Shown piece by piece: positions 51,227 to 62,142 of a stretch of DNA of 64,000 bases (its first letter is position 1; every line of letters starts with the position of its first letter). Made by a program: the position numbers and the translations under genes. Below the pieces are notes generated by a model. The model was not told the origin of the DNA. It did not search any database and saw only the letters and a list, made by a program, of their open reading frames with translations. Location of the stretch: NCBI RefSeq assembly GCF_964213995.1, contig NW_027590189.1:434001-498000 (forward strand), written 5' to 3'. Source of the DNA: Mustelus asterias. Lineage: Eukaryota.

Positions 51227-51722
51227 ATGGGAATCCTTCTTGTTTTCACCCTGTGTGCCTGTTTACCCTGATGAGTACCGATCAAACTCACCCACATTGC
51301 GTGGATTGAATATAAAGCTGCCCCAGTCCATCTCAATTACAGACACTGTCTAGGATTTTAGCCCCTTTGTTTGGTCCATTAAACTCTGTGTTTAATTTCC
51401 AGGATCTTTCAATCAGTCAGTGACACAGAGCCTGGCAGCGTTGACCAGGAAGGAGTGTCAGTCTCTTACCATCACCTGTGTTTTCTATGGAGTTTATGAT
51501 TTAGAAAATGGTCATTTTTTTCAGACAAATCCAGACCGGGACGGAGCGGGAGCGGATCTCCAGCGGAGGGAGATTTATTGTACTGGTGAATAAAGCAGAA
51601 AAGACATTTTCACTGGAAATTCGGGATGTGAGAGTTGAAGACAGTGCCACCTATTACTGTAAAGTTCAGCACTGGTACTACTCACATAGGACACTGCACT
51701 GGGAGAGAGTTCGACAAAAACC
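51227..51722 (+). pseudogene. NAR-TCR V pseudogene (leader 51227-51269, V exon 51403-51694, broken 12-RSS to 51722)
   Basis: Paralog of 61150-60669. Donor mutated (gatgagt), +1 frameshift in the T run near 51515-51521, heptamer decayed to tgcactg, 12-nt spacer, perfect nonamer acaaaaacc. Confidence 0.88.
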
Positions 51723-52057
51723 TCAGGACAATCAAAACAGTAATTCCCAGCAATTCCCATGTTCGGTAACTTGACTTGTCGGGTTGATGTTATTCCCAGT
51801 TCAATCTAGTTTAATTTCATTGTAATTTCCACCATCAGCTATAATTCTTCAAGGCTTTTCGCTGTTAATAAGAATCTTGCATCTCTGCTCCTGTTCCTGG
51901 GAAATTTTACCAGGAGCTCAGAGAGTCAGAAGGAAAACTTTTGTCCAATGATGTTTTGTTTTTAAACAACCAATGTTCATTATTGATTTAAATCCCCTGA
52001 ATAACCGAGAAACACTGATTGCTGGGTAATGGCTGCTCGGCAGTTTGAGGTGTCAGT

Positions 52058-52148
52058 CATTCTTGTGCTGGGCTGACTGAGAGCGCTGACACTGTGGGGA
52101 GAATGAAGGTTACAGATGGGTCTGGGACGGTGGTGACTATCACAGCCG
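52058..52148 (+). other. NAR-TCR J segment (52097-52148) with upstream 23-RSS
   Basis: cattcttgt + 23 nt + cactgtg, then GRMKVTDGSGTVVTITA-G|gtaagt (open frame, phase 1). Confidence 0.88.
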
Positions 52149-52436
52149 GTAAGTGACTCCTAATCCCAGTGTGTTGCAGCCTGTTTAGGTTAGTGTTCAC
52201 CGTCAGTTTAAATTCGTTACCAGCATCACTTCAATTGTCTGCTTCTAAAGCAGGGTGGTTTCCTGAGGAAGATTTTCAATTGCAGATTTAGACTTAGGAG
52301 CAGAGTATGAAACGGAAGTCGAGTCCGGCTGTGAGACCAGTTTGAAGCAGTGTGAGACCCCAAAGGGCAGGTTTCCTCCGGGGAAGGAGTTTCAGCTGAT
52401 CCTATCTGGGCTATTATTGGTTTAAGGAACAGCAAA

Positions 52437-52927
52437 AAGTCTCACAACACTAGATTAAAGGCCGACAGGTTTACTTCGAATCACGAGCTTTCGGACCGCT
52501 GCTCCTTTCTCAGATGTGTGGAGAGTTGGGTTCACAAACATGGCAGCTATAGACAGAGACGCAATTGCAAGAAAATGGTTGGAATGCGAGTCTTTACAGG
52601 TAATCAAATCTTTACAGGTGCAGACAATGCGAGTGAAGAGAGGGATATTCACAGGTCAAAGAGGTGTGAATTGTCTCAAACCAGGACAGATGGCAGGACT
52701 TTGCAAGCCAGGGAAAATGGTAGAGGTTACATGTAGTGTGACATGAACCCAAGATCCCGGTCCTCAAAGACGCGCATTCCAACCATTATCTTGGAATTGC
52801 GTCTCTGTCTACATATGCCATGTTTGTGAACCCAACTCACCATTCACCTGAGAAAGTAGCAGTACTCCGAAAGCTCGTGATTCCAAATAAAACGGTTGGA
52901 CTTTAACCTGGTGTTGTGAGACTTCTT
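52437..52927. mobile_element. Penelope-like element remnant with long inverted termini
   Basis: aagtctcacaacac..aatcacgagctttcgga is inverted against tccgaaagctcgtgatt..gtgttgtgagactt. Confidence 0.6.
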
Positions 52928-53047
52928 ACCGTGCCCACCCCATTCCAACGCCAGCGTCTCCAATCATGGTTTAAGGAAGGCATCGGGTAATCCTCACAAC
53001 ATCTTGCACTCTCACTCTCCTAACTGGTTTCAGTGAGCGTACATTCG

Positions 53048-53385
53048 GGGAGGTGATGGCCAAATGGAATTATCGCTGGACTATTAATTCAAAAACACAG
53101 CCAAAGTTCTGGGAGTCCCGCCAGCGCAGATGGTGGAATTTCAATTTAATAATCATATCTGGAATTAAGAATCTACTGATGACCATGAAGCCATTGTCGA
53201 TTGTCAGAAAAACCCATCTGATTCACTAATGCCCTTCAGGGAAGGAAACCTGCTGTCCTTGCCTGGTCTGGCCTACATGTGACAGCAGAGCCACAGCAAT
53301 GTGGTTGACTCACAACTGCCTTAGGGTACCTGGGGATGGGCAGCAAGCCAGCGACGACGCCCATGTCACATCAATGAATAAAAAT
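53048..53385 (+). mobile_element. Second SINE family (DeuSINE-like core); another copy at ~58340-58720
   Basis: Shared core tcactaatg.cct..agggaaggaaa.ctgc..tcctt..ctggtctggcctacatgtg in both copies. Confidence 0.55.
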
Positions 53386-54569
53386 ACATTATGGACGCTC
53401 CGAACCCTGCTCCCTGCTCTCCGCTGGGAGAGAGCGGAGCCACCGAGCACAGGATTTCTCTCTGCTCCAGGAAATGGTCTAAAAGAGGCCTGGAAATGTC
53501 AACGAGATACCGGGAGAGGTAACCCAAAATTGCAGCAGCCGGTCCAATACCTGCAGCGGCAGGAAAACGGGAACATGACACAAATAGCTTCGAGAGCTTA
53601 TTTGATACTTGTAGGTGACATTTCACGTGCAATCAGTGACTCAAAATAATTATATCCTAACTGATCTTTATTTCCTTCCTATAAACAATCATTTTGGCAG
53701 AACTGCGAAAAGTTTGAATTGCATTCTCTTCCACATATTGATCGCTAATTGTGGACAAATCCGTTTGCTTTATGTTTTTTGTCGATTTCAAAAACATGGG
53801 ATTGTGCTGATTGAAGCATAATGAATCCCTCAAGGATTGAGTTGTGTCGAGGCTGAGGGTGCTGAACCGTTCCATGGATTTTAGTTTTGAATGCTAATGG
53901 AAGTAATGGATTTGGGAATAGGACGCACAGTTAGCATTAAGGTAGATGATCAGATCTAAACATTTCTGATTTGTACAGCGGGTCCCCAAGGTGGATTAGT
54001 CTACCATGTTTCTATTTCTTAAGTATCTTATTATCAGCATGAATTTCTTACACTTCTGAGAAAAAAAAATCAATAATGTGTTTGGGTATCGAAAGTTTGG
54101 AAAAGCTCTGCCTTTTGGCTTTCGAAGGCCGGTAAGACATGAAAAAGCAGCACAGAAACACTGAACATTATATTGTAGTTTCAAGGAGCTCCATGTGCAG
54201 AAACTGTTCCTTCGGTGGGAGAGTTGTTCTTTTATCTTCTTTAATTCATTCGTGTGACATGGTGTCGCTGGTTGGCCAGCATTTATTGTGCATTCCTGGT
54301 CGCCCTTCAAATCAATGGCTGGCTGGGCCATTTTTAAGGGCAGTTGAGAGTCAATCACATTGCTGTGGCTTTTTCTGAACATCGGAAATGGTTTCACGGT
54401 CAGCAGCAGATACTTAACTTCAGATGTTTAAAAATTGAAGTCAAATTCCACCAACTGCCGAGGCAGGATTCGAACCAGGGTCCCCAGAAGAAGTAGATAT
54501 TTATATATGAAATATGAAATGACTATCAGAAGAGATAGAAACATTCGGGTATATTTGTGCGGAAACACA

Positions 54570-55441
54570 TCAACTTGCAGAGGGATTTGGACCAACGAGA
54601 AAAATGGGCTGAAAAATGGCAGATGGAATTTAACGCAGACAAGTGTGAGATATTGCACTTTGGAAGGACAAACCAAAGAAGAACGTACAGGGTAAATGGT
54701 AGGACTCTGAAGAGTGCAGTTGAACAGAGGGATCTGGGAATACAGGTACAGAAGTCCCTAAAAGTGACGTCACAGGTGGATAGGGTCGTAAAGAGTGCCT
54801 TTGGTACATTGGCCTTTATAAATCGGAGTATCGAGTATAAAAGTTGGAGTGTTATGGTAAGGTTATATAAGGCATTGGTGAGGCCGAATTTGGAGTATTG
54901 TGTACAGTTTTGGTCACCTAGTTACAGGAAGGATGTAAATAAGATTGAAAGAGTGCAGAGAAGGTTCACAAGGATGTTGCCGGGACTTGAGAAGCTGAGT
55001 TACAGAGAGAGATTGAATAGGTTGCGACTTTATTCCCTGGAGCGTAGAAGATTGAGGGGAGATTTGATAGAGGTGTATAAGATTTTGATGGGTATAGATA
55101 GAGTGAATGCAAGCAGGCTTTTTCCGCTGAGGCTGGGGGAGAAAAAAACCAGAGGGAATGGGTTAAGGGTGAAAAGAGAAAAGTTTAAAGGGAATATTAG
55201 GGGGGGCTTCTTCACGCAGAGAGTGGTGGGAGTGTGGAATGAGCTGCCGGATAAAGTGGTAAATGCGGGGTCACTTTTAACATTTAAGAAAAACTTGGAC
55301 GGGTTCATGGATGAGAGGGGTGTGGAGGGATATGGTCCAAGTGCAGGTCAGTGGGACTAGGCATAAAATGGTTCGGCACAGACAAGAAGGGCCAAAAGTC
55401 CTGTTTCTGAGCTGTAATTTTCTATGGTTCTATGGTTCTAT
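54570..55441 (+). mobile_element. CR1 RT 3' fragment
   Basis: ORF 54557-55360 LQRDLD..WQMEFNADKC..LVRPNLEYCVQFWSP; tail ttctatggttctatggttcta. Confidence 0.92.
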
Positions 55442-56483
55442 GTGAAGCTCGCTCTTTGGAAAAACGTCGTGATGAATTTATGGCACAGCTTGAAAAATAT
55501 GGGCGGGAGAGAGGAATAAATAGACACACAGCTGAGGATGAGAGGAGAAGGGGATGTACGAGAACAAGCTTCGATCATCTGGACCAAGTGGCCTATTCGT
55601 GTTCAGTGGAAAGTGTAGAATATAAAACTCAGAGACTATTCTGTTCGGAAAGGACAGGGAACAATCAGCCAATGGACTGAAGGGATTGAAATTATCACAT
55701 CCCGTAAAGGCAGTTCCCAGTGAGTAACAGTAAAACCACTGCGGAAACTGAACAGACTGAACCAACCGATAACTGAGAGAAATTAGGGCACGTTTTCATG
55801 ACGGTTAGAAACCGCCATGAACAGACAGAAAACAACTCAGATGTAGAAATAAAATGAAATCAACTTGCAAATATTTCTAATGGAAGTAAAACGGTAGAAT
55901 TGATGGACGGAAAGAGACAAATAGCCCAACGGCAGACTGGATTTACCTTGTAATGTTGAACTGCGGCCAAAAGTCGATCTTTGACCCACAGATTTACATT
56001 GTCATTTCGGATTAATAGGTGTGGACGAAAATCTCTGTTCTGTGCTGAACCTTGGTATGTACTGAAATATAAGACTGCTGATTTTCCTTCGGACAATCAA
56101 ATCTAGACAACAATTGATTCATTGACGGGAAGAGTGAACTTTACGATTTAGTTTTCTGGTTCGCATTTCACCAACATATTTATTAGCAGATATTTAATAA
56201 AAATAAAATCATACTCTGCAAAAAAAACACAATTCTGTCAATAATGACAGTAATTTGAAGGTGCTGCCAATATATCCATTCGTTCTTCTTTTTGTCCCCA
56301 CTGGAATCTTGTCCTGTCCCAGAAGTCTTTGTCCCTCAATTGCCCCTCAAGATAATGTTCAATCTGCTTCCAGAACCACCCCTTCCGCAGTGCACTTCAG
56401 GTGACTGCAATTCTCTGTGAAAAAAAGATCTGAAGATCTGCCACGCTTGTTTATTTCCAATAATCAATGCATTTTGAAACACA

Positions 56484-57168
56484 TTCATAGAATCCTTACA
56501 GGACAGAAGGAGGCCATTTGGCCCGTCAAGTCTGTACCGACCACATCCCACCGAGTCCCAGGCAATATTCCCATAACCCCACATATTTATCCTTCTAATC
56601 TTTCTCGGACACTAGGGTCAATTTACCTTGGCCAATCAACGTAATCTGCACATCTTTGGACTGTGGGATGAAATCGGAGCACCCGGAGTAAACCCAAACA
56701 CACACGGGGAGAATGTGCAAACTCCACACAGACAATGACCCGAGGCCAGAATTGAACCTGGGTCCCTGCCGCTGTGAGGCAGCATTGGCAACCACTCTGC
56801 CACCGTGCCACCCCCTAGGGCGGCACGGTAGCACAGTGGTTAGCACTGCTGCTTCACAGCTCCAGGGACCCGGGTTCGATTCCCGGCTTGGGTCACTGTC
56901 TGTGTGGAGTTTGCACATTCTCCTCGTGTCTGCGTGGGTTTCCTCCGGGTGCTCCGGTTTCCTCCCACAGTCCAAAGATGTGTGGGTTAGGTTGATTGGC
57001 TGTGCTAAAAATTGCCCTTAGTGTCCTGAGATGTGTAGGTTAGAGGGATTAGTGGGTAAATGTGTAGGGATATGGGGGTAGGGCCTGGGTGGGATTGTGG
57101 TCGGTGCAGACTCGATGGGCCGAATGGCCTCTTTCTGTACTGTAGGGTTTCTATGATTCTATGATTCT
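56484..57168. mobile_element. Head-to-head pair of HE1-like SINEs (minus 56484-56812, plus 56817-57168)
   Basis: Two opposed tRNA-like heads meet at ~56815. The plus copy is near consensus with CR1-type tail ttctatgattctatgattcta. Confidence 0.88.
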
Positions 57169-57275
57169 AATTAAATTAAACAAATTGCCACAACAGACAG
57201 GTGTTCATCCGATTGACAAGTTTTCCCGGGTAAACAGTGGCTCAACAAACAATTCATTTTATTTCTACACTGCAG

Positions 57276-57578
57276 ATTCCAGCTCAGCTGTGTCACCAAG
57301 TTCCCTTCTACAAACCTCTGCTGCCGGTGACCGGTTATTTGAAGCTGCGAATATTCAGGTCTCTGTCAGTACACAGTACACGTACCCTCAGACCCCAGGA
57401 CAGGCTCAGAAATACCTGCTTCAGACACACATTTCTGGAGAGGAGAATAAATCAAACAGTGTCGCGGGGAGGATTTCTGCTTCTATCGATTCTTCCGTCA
57501 AAATCAGCCGGTTAAAGATCTCCAAACTTTAACTGAGCGACTCCGCTGTTTATTACTGTGAACTGAGTTGGCGCACAG
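57276..57578 (+). pseudogene. Supporting TCR Vdelta (NAR-TCR partner) pseudogene, leaderless
   Basis: Acceptor ctgcag|, SSAVS..LQT.AAGD, frameshifts around CDR1, KYLLQTHISGEENK..RISASIDSSVKISRLKISKL*LSDSAVYYCELSW. Paralog of 58185-57880. Confidence 0.85.
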
Positions 57579-57739
57579 CACAGTCGCACAGAACACGGAG
57601 AGAGCTGTACAAAAACCTGAACGTGGTGAGGATTACAGACACAGTGATACAGAACACGGAGAGAGTTGTACAAAAACCTGGACATGATGAGGGTTACAGA
57701 CACAGTGACACAGAACACGGAGACAGCTGTACAAAAACC
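57579..57739 (+). repeat. Three tandem 23-RSSs, 61-bp period
   Basis: Heptamers at 57579 (cacagtc), 57640 and 57701 (cacagtg), each followed by 23 nt and acaaaaacc (57609, 57670, 57731). Confidence 0.95.
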
Positions 57740-57779
57740 TGAACATGCATTTCAGATTCTTGGGAGCTCACCATGTTCA

Positions 57780-57879
57780 GGCTTCTGTATAACTCGCCCC
57801 GTCTTCTGTATCACTTTGTCTGTAATCCTCACCATGTTCAAGTTTCTGTACGGCTCTCTCCCTGTTCTGCATCACTGTG
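57780..57879 (-). repeat. Two tandem 23-RSSs, 61-bp period (first canonical heptamer, second degenerate)
   Basis: cacagtg + 23 + acagaaact (57879-57841); caaagtg + 23 + acagaagcc (57818-57780). Confidence 0.9.
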
Positions 57880-58185
57880 CTGTGCGCCCACTCAGTGCAC
57901 AGTAATACACAGCGGAGTCGCTCAATCGCAGCTTGGAGATCTTTAACCAGCTGATTTTTTCGACAGGGTCGACAGAAGCAGAAATTCTCTGCCCGGCAGC
58001 GTTTTCTTTGATCGCCTCGCCTGATGTGTGTCTCTTAAGCAAGTATTTTGGGGTCTCTCCTGGAGAGTGACGGTACCAGTAGAGTGTGTGTTGACAAAAT
58101 CCTGGATATTCACAGTTTAAAGTAATGGTGTCGTCAGCAGCACAGGTTTGGAGAGACGGATTCTGTGACACAGATGAACTGGATT
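57880..58185 (-). CDS. Supporting TCR Vdelta of NAR-TCR, intact and leaderless, Cys in CDR1
   Basis: Phase-1 acceptor ctgcag| (an alternative in-frame acceptor starts the exon at 58194). SSVSQNP..TLNCEYPGFCQHTLYWYRH..LKISKLRLSDSAVYYCALSGR. The nearest recognisable upstream donor belongs to the NAR J, and no leader exon is seen. Confidence 0.9.
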
Positions 58186-60217
58186 CTGCAGAACCTATAA
58201 AATAATGCATTTCTATGATTCCATTACTTGCGTTGCATGTTAGTTTGCCCAGGGAAATATAATCGCGTCAATAGCTCGCCATTTTCCCGTAATTGTTTCA
58301 TTAAAGGGTGTGCGACATTTATTCACTATAATTAATTAGGGAGACGGTGGCAAAGTGGTATTATGACTGGATTGCTTAATCCAGAGATTTAGTAATCCAA
58401 GTAATACGCTGGGGACACGGGTACGAATGGTGCCACGGAAGATGGTGAAATTTGAATTTCAATTCAATATTGAATTGATTTCAATAAAACAAGCATGTTA
58501 ATTCAAAGATGACTATGAAAACATTGTCGATTGCCGTTAAAACCACATGTGTTTGACTAATGTTCTTGAGGGAAGGAAATCTGCCATCCTTATCTGGTCT
58601 GGCCTACATGTGGCTCCTGATACACAAAAATGCGGTTGACTCTTAAATGCCCTCTAAAATGGGCTTCGCAAGCCATCCTGTTCAAAGGCAATTAGGGACA
58701 CCCACATCCAGAGGATGAATTGAAAAAAAATGGCAAAAGAGCCGAGGGGCAGATACTTAGATGATTTTTTTTGTACACAGCGAATTTTGCTCATCTGGAT
58801 TATTTGGAGATGTGTGTTGGAAACAAATTCAACACTCATTTTCGAACGGTAAATGGAAGAAATATACAGAATCAGATTAGAATTCCGGGGGTTTGAAGAG
58901 CAGGAAGGTAAAATAGGAAACGTTCAGTAGCACCTGCAAAGAATGACCACTTGGTCAGAGTGATGTCCTTCTCTGGTTTCTGATTTTATATTTTATATTT
59001 AGTGTCTGCTTCTGTGTATATTGGCGATTTACAAACCTGAGGAAATTATATGAAAGTTCACTCTTCTCACTATAACAATTGCTGTCCAGAGTTGATTGAC
59101 TGAGAGTAACACTGCCGTTTTATATGCTGGGTCGCATCAAGATTCAGGCAAAGACGGTCATACTCGCCCAGCGAAACTGATTAAGCGAAACTGACATTGC
59201 ATATCTGTGTCAAAGATCAACCTTTGACTACAGTCCAACTCTTTGCACAGTTTCGTCCATCAATTCTACAATTTATATTATATATTAGAATGATTTACAG
59301 TTAATACCAGTGGATTTATAAATCTGAGTTGTTCTCTTTGTACTGCTTGCGATTTCTTGCCACCACGAGAACCTGTCCCAGACACTCTCCAATGTCAGTT
59401 GAGATCAGCATGCTCAGTTTCCCCGATTGACTTGCTCACTGTTACTCACTGTGAAGATTGCCTTTTCAAGGTGCCTGAGATTTTCAATTCCTTCCATCCA
59501 TTGGTTGATTGTTCCCCATGCTTTCTGGGCAGAATCCTCTCTGTATTTTATATTATATAGATTCCACAGAACAGAAGTAGGCCAGTCGGCTCACAGTACG
59601 CTTGTCCTTGCACTGCGCACTACTCCCCTCTCACACTCGATCCCTAACGAAACCATTGTACACTGAGCACTGTGTCCTTCTCCCTCCTCGATCTTTCACG
59701 CCGTCTGAAAAATTCCTTACGCCATTTACTGCAACCACTCCATGTGGCAGCTCGCTCCACATTCCTCCTAATTTCTTTTTCTTTTATCTCACTGGCATCA
59801 TATTAAATGTTTCTTTAATCTGAATCATTTTCTCCACACGTACATTAATGAATCTATCAATTAATGCTAAAGATTTATATCAACACCAAAACCTGAAAAA
59901 TGTTGGCAAACCTCAACAGGTCTGGAGACAGAATAGAGTCAACGTTTCCAGTCTGGATGACCCTCCGTAAGAGCCACAGAGAGAAGCAAAGTTGACACGA
60001 GGACAGAAGTCATAGCTTCAAAATGTGGACCCGACTCCAGTTTCCTATTCTGCTCCCAAATCTAAAACTGCAATTGAAAATCTTCCACAGAAACCCCCTT
60101 CCCCCACGCTGCTATTGTAGTCACAGAGGATTGAAGAGAGGCAGACGACAAGAATGAACTGACGGCGAAAACGAACCAGGACATTCTGCAATACGGGGGG
60201 GATTTGGAGTCACTTAC

Positions 60218-60309
60218 CAGCTGAGACAGTCACCACCGTCCCAGACCCGTCTGTAAATCTCCACTCTCCCCACAGTGTCAGCGCTCTCAGTCAGCCCAGT
60301 ACACGAATG
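60218..60309 (-). other. NAR-TCR J segment (60270-60218) with 23-RSS
   Basis: cattcgtgt + 23 nt + cactgtg, then GEWRFTDGSGTVVTVSA-G|gtaagt. Confidence 0.88.
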
Positions 60310-60640
60310 ACAGACACCTCAAACTGATGGGGAAAAAATTACCGAATAGTCAGCGTTTATCAATTATTCAGGGGTTATAGATCAATAATGAAGTATGATA
60401 GTTTTATAATTCCCATTGGAACAAACTGTTCCTTGGGACACTCTGAACTCTTGGCAAAATGGCCCAGGAACGGAGTGGAGATGGACGCTTCGTAGAAATG
60501 GAATAAAAAAGTTAAAGAAAGATAACTGAAGGGAGGAAATTACAACGAAATGAAATCATGTTGCAACGATAATAACAACAACCCGACAAGCTATGGTCCG
60601 TGTCCTGGAAATTATTGCTTCGCTTGTTCAGAAATACTTA

Positions 60641-60668
60641 AGTATTTGTTCTCCTCTCTTCCACTGTG
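60641..60668 (-). other. 12-RSS of the NAR-TCR V
   Basis: cacagtg + gaagagaggaga (12 nt) + acaaatact. Confidence 0.88.
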
Positions 60669-61150
60669 GTGTCCCATGTGCGTAGTACCAGTGCTGAGCT
60701 TTACAGTAATAGGTGGCGGTGTCTTCAATTCTCATGTCCCGAATTTCCAGCGAAAATGTCTTTTCTGCTTCATTCACCGACACAACAAACCTCCCTCCGC
60801 TGGAGATCCGCTCCCGCTCTGTCCCAGTCTGGGTTTGTCTGAAGAAATGGCCATTTTTTAAATCATAAACACCATTGAAAACACAGGTGATGGTGAGAGA
60901 CTGACACTCCTTCCTGGTCACCGCTGCCGGGCTTTGAGTCACTGACTGACTGAAACATCCTGGAAATTCAACACAGAGAGTTTAATGGACCATCAGAGCC
61001 GAACCGCACAACGGGGCTAAAACCCCAGACAGTGTTTGTAATTGAGATGGACTGGGGCAGCTTTATGTTCAATCCACACAATGTGGGTTAGTTTGATCGG
61101 TACTCACGGGGTAAATAGGCACACATGGTGAAAACAAGAAGGATTTCCAT
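60669..61150 (-). CDS. NAR-TCR V segment (IgNAR-like V), apparently intact; leader 61150-61108, V exon 60959-60669
   Basis: Leader MEILLVFTMCAYLP|gtgagt. V: SVTQSPAAVTRKECQSLTITCVF..FFRQTQTGTERERISSGGRFVVSVNEAEKTFSLEIRDMRIEDTATYYCKAQHWYYAHGT. Short FR2-CDR2 region as in VNAR and an extra FR1 Cys. Confidence 0.92.
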
Positions 61151-62142
61151 CGCTCTGTCGCCTGGAACTGAGGTTTGTATGACGGGGAACTGAGACTGCA
61201 GAGCTGGACTGCTCTGGGAGACTGGACCTCAGAGCTGAATTGAAATACTTCAGACCCTGGTAAGTTAGGCCACGCCCATCCTTCAAATTAAATTCAAGGA
61301 TTTAAATGGTGAACACGGCTGTGAACTTTCAGTCAAAACTACTCGGCAGCCGGAACACAGAGACTCATCCCGCGACCCACAGCAGTGAATGTCATGCTCT
61401 ACTTGCTCTCGAATTGATTATTTATTGTTATTAATCCAGGGGATGTGGGCTTGGCTGGCGATGGCAGCAGACATTACCAATTTCTAATCGCCCTTGATAA
61501 GATGCTGGTGAACTGTCTTCTTGAAGGGATGCTGTCCCTGCGGTGTAGGTCCACCCACTGCGCTATTAGGGAGGGAATTTCAGTATATTTACCGAGACCG
61601 AGGGACAGTAAAGGAACGGAGGATATTTCCAAGTCTAGATAGTGGTCGTGTTCGCATGGCCTTCTAAATTATAGCTTTGTGTCTGAAATGTAGCGCCTAA
61701 GGAGGCTTCGTGATTTCCTGCAGTTCATCGTGTATATGGTACAGAAGGTTGCCACTGTGCATCGTTGGTGGAGCGAGTGAATGTTGGTGCAAGCGGCACC
61801 AGTCAAACGGGGCTGCTTTGTCCTGAATGCGACGTCTTGTAAATTGGAATCTCAGTGTGCAACTTTAGAACCACCTCCTTTGTCTGAGTAAGAAGGACAG
61901 CTTCACCGGAGGCGCATCCTACTAATTGTACTTCCTGTTTTATTCAGAACAGCTGACTCAGTTTACACTCCTTATTAGCCGGAGTCAAATAGCGGCTGAT
62001 AGGATCAAATGAGATGAAACCCACAACAGAGATATTAACTGTGAAACAGCGGGATACTTAGGAAGATTCTAATAGTTCGATTGTAGCTCGACTTCAGGCA
62101 CCGTTCAAAGTCTGTGGGAAATTCAATTTTGAGGGAACAGAA

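Noticed and set aside
56817-56890. tRNA gene
   Set aside because: tRNA-like A/B boxes are the head of a SINE repeated many times in the window.
57579-57879. CRISPR-like repeat-spacer appearance
   Set aside because: Vertebrate DNA with no cas genes; the linkers are similar to each other and the units are RSSs.
60641-60680. Reading the NAR V RSS as a 23-type using cacatgg
   Set aside because: The spacer would be 24 nt with a poor heptamer, while a perfect cacagtg sits exactly 12 nt from the same nonamer.
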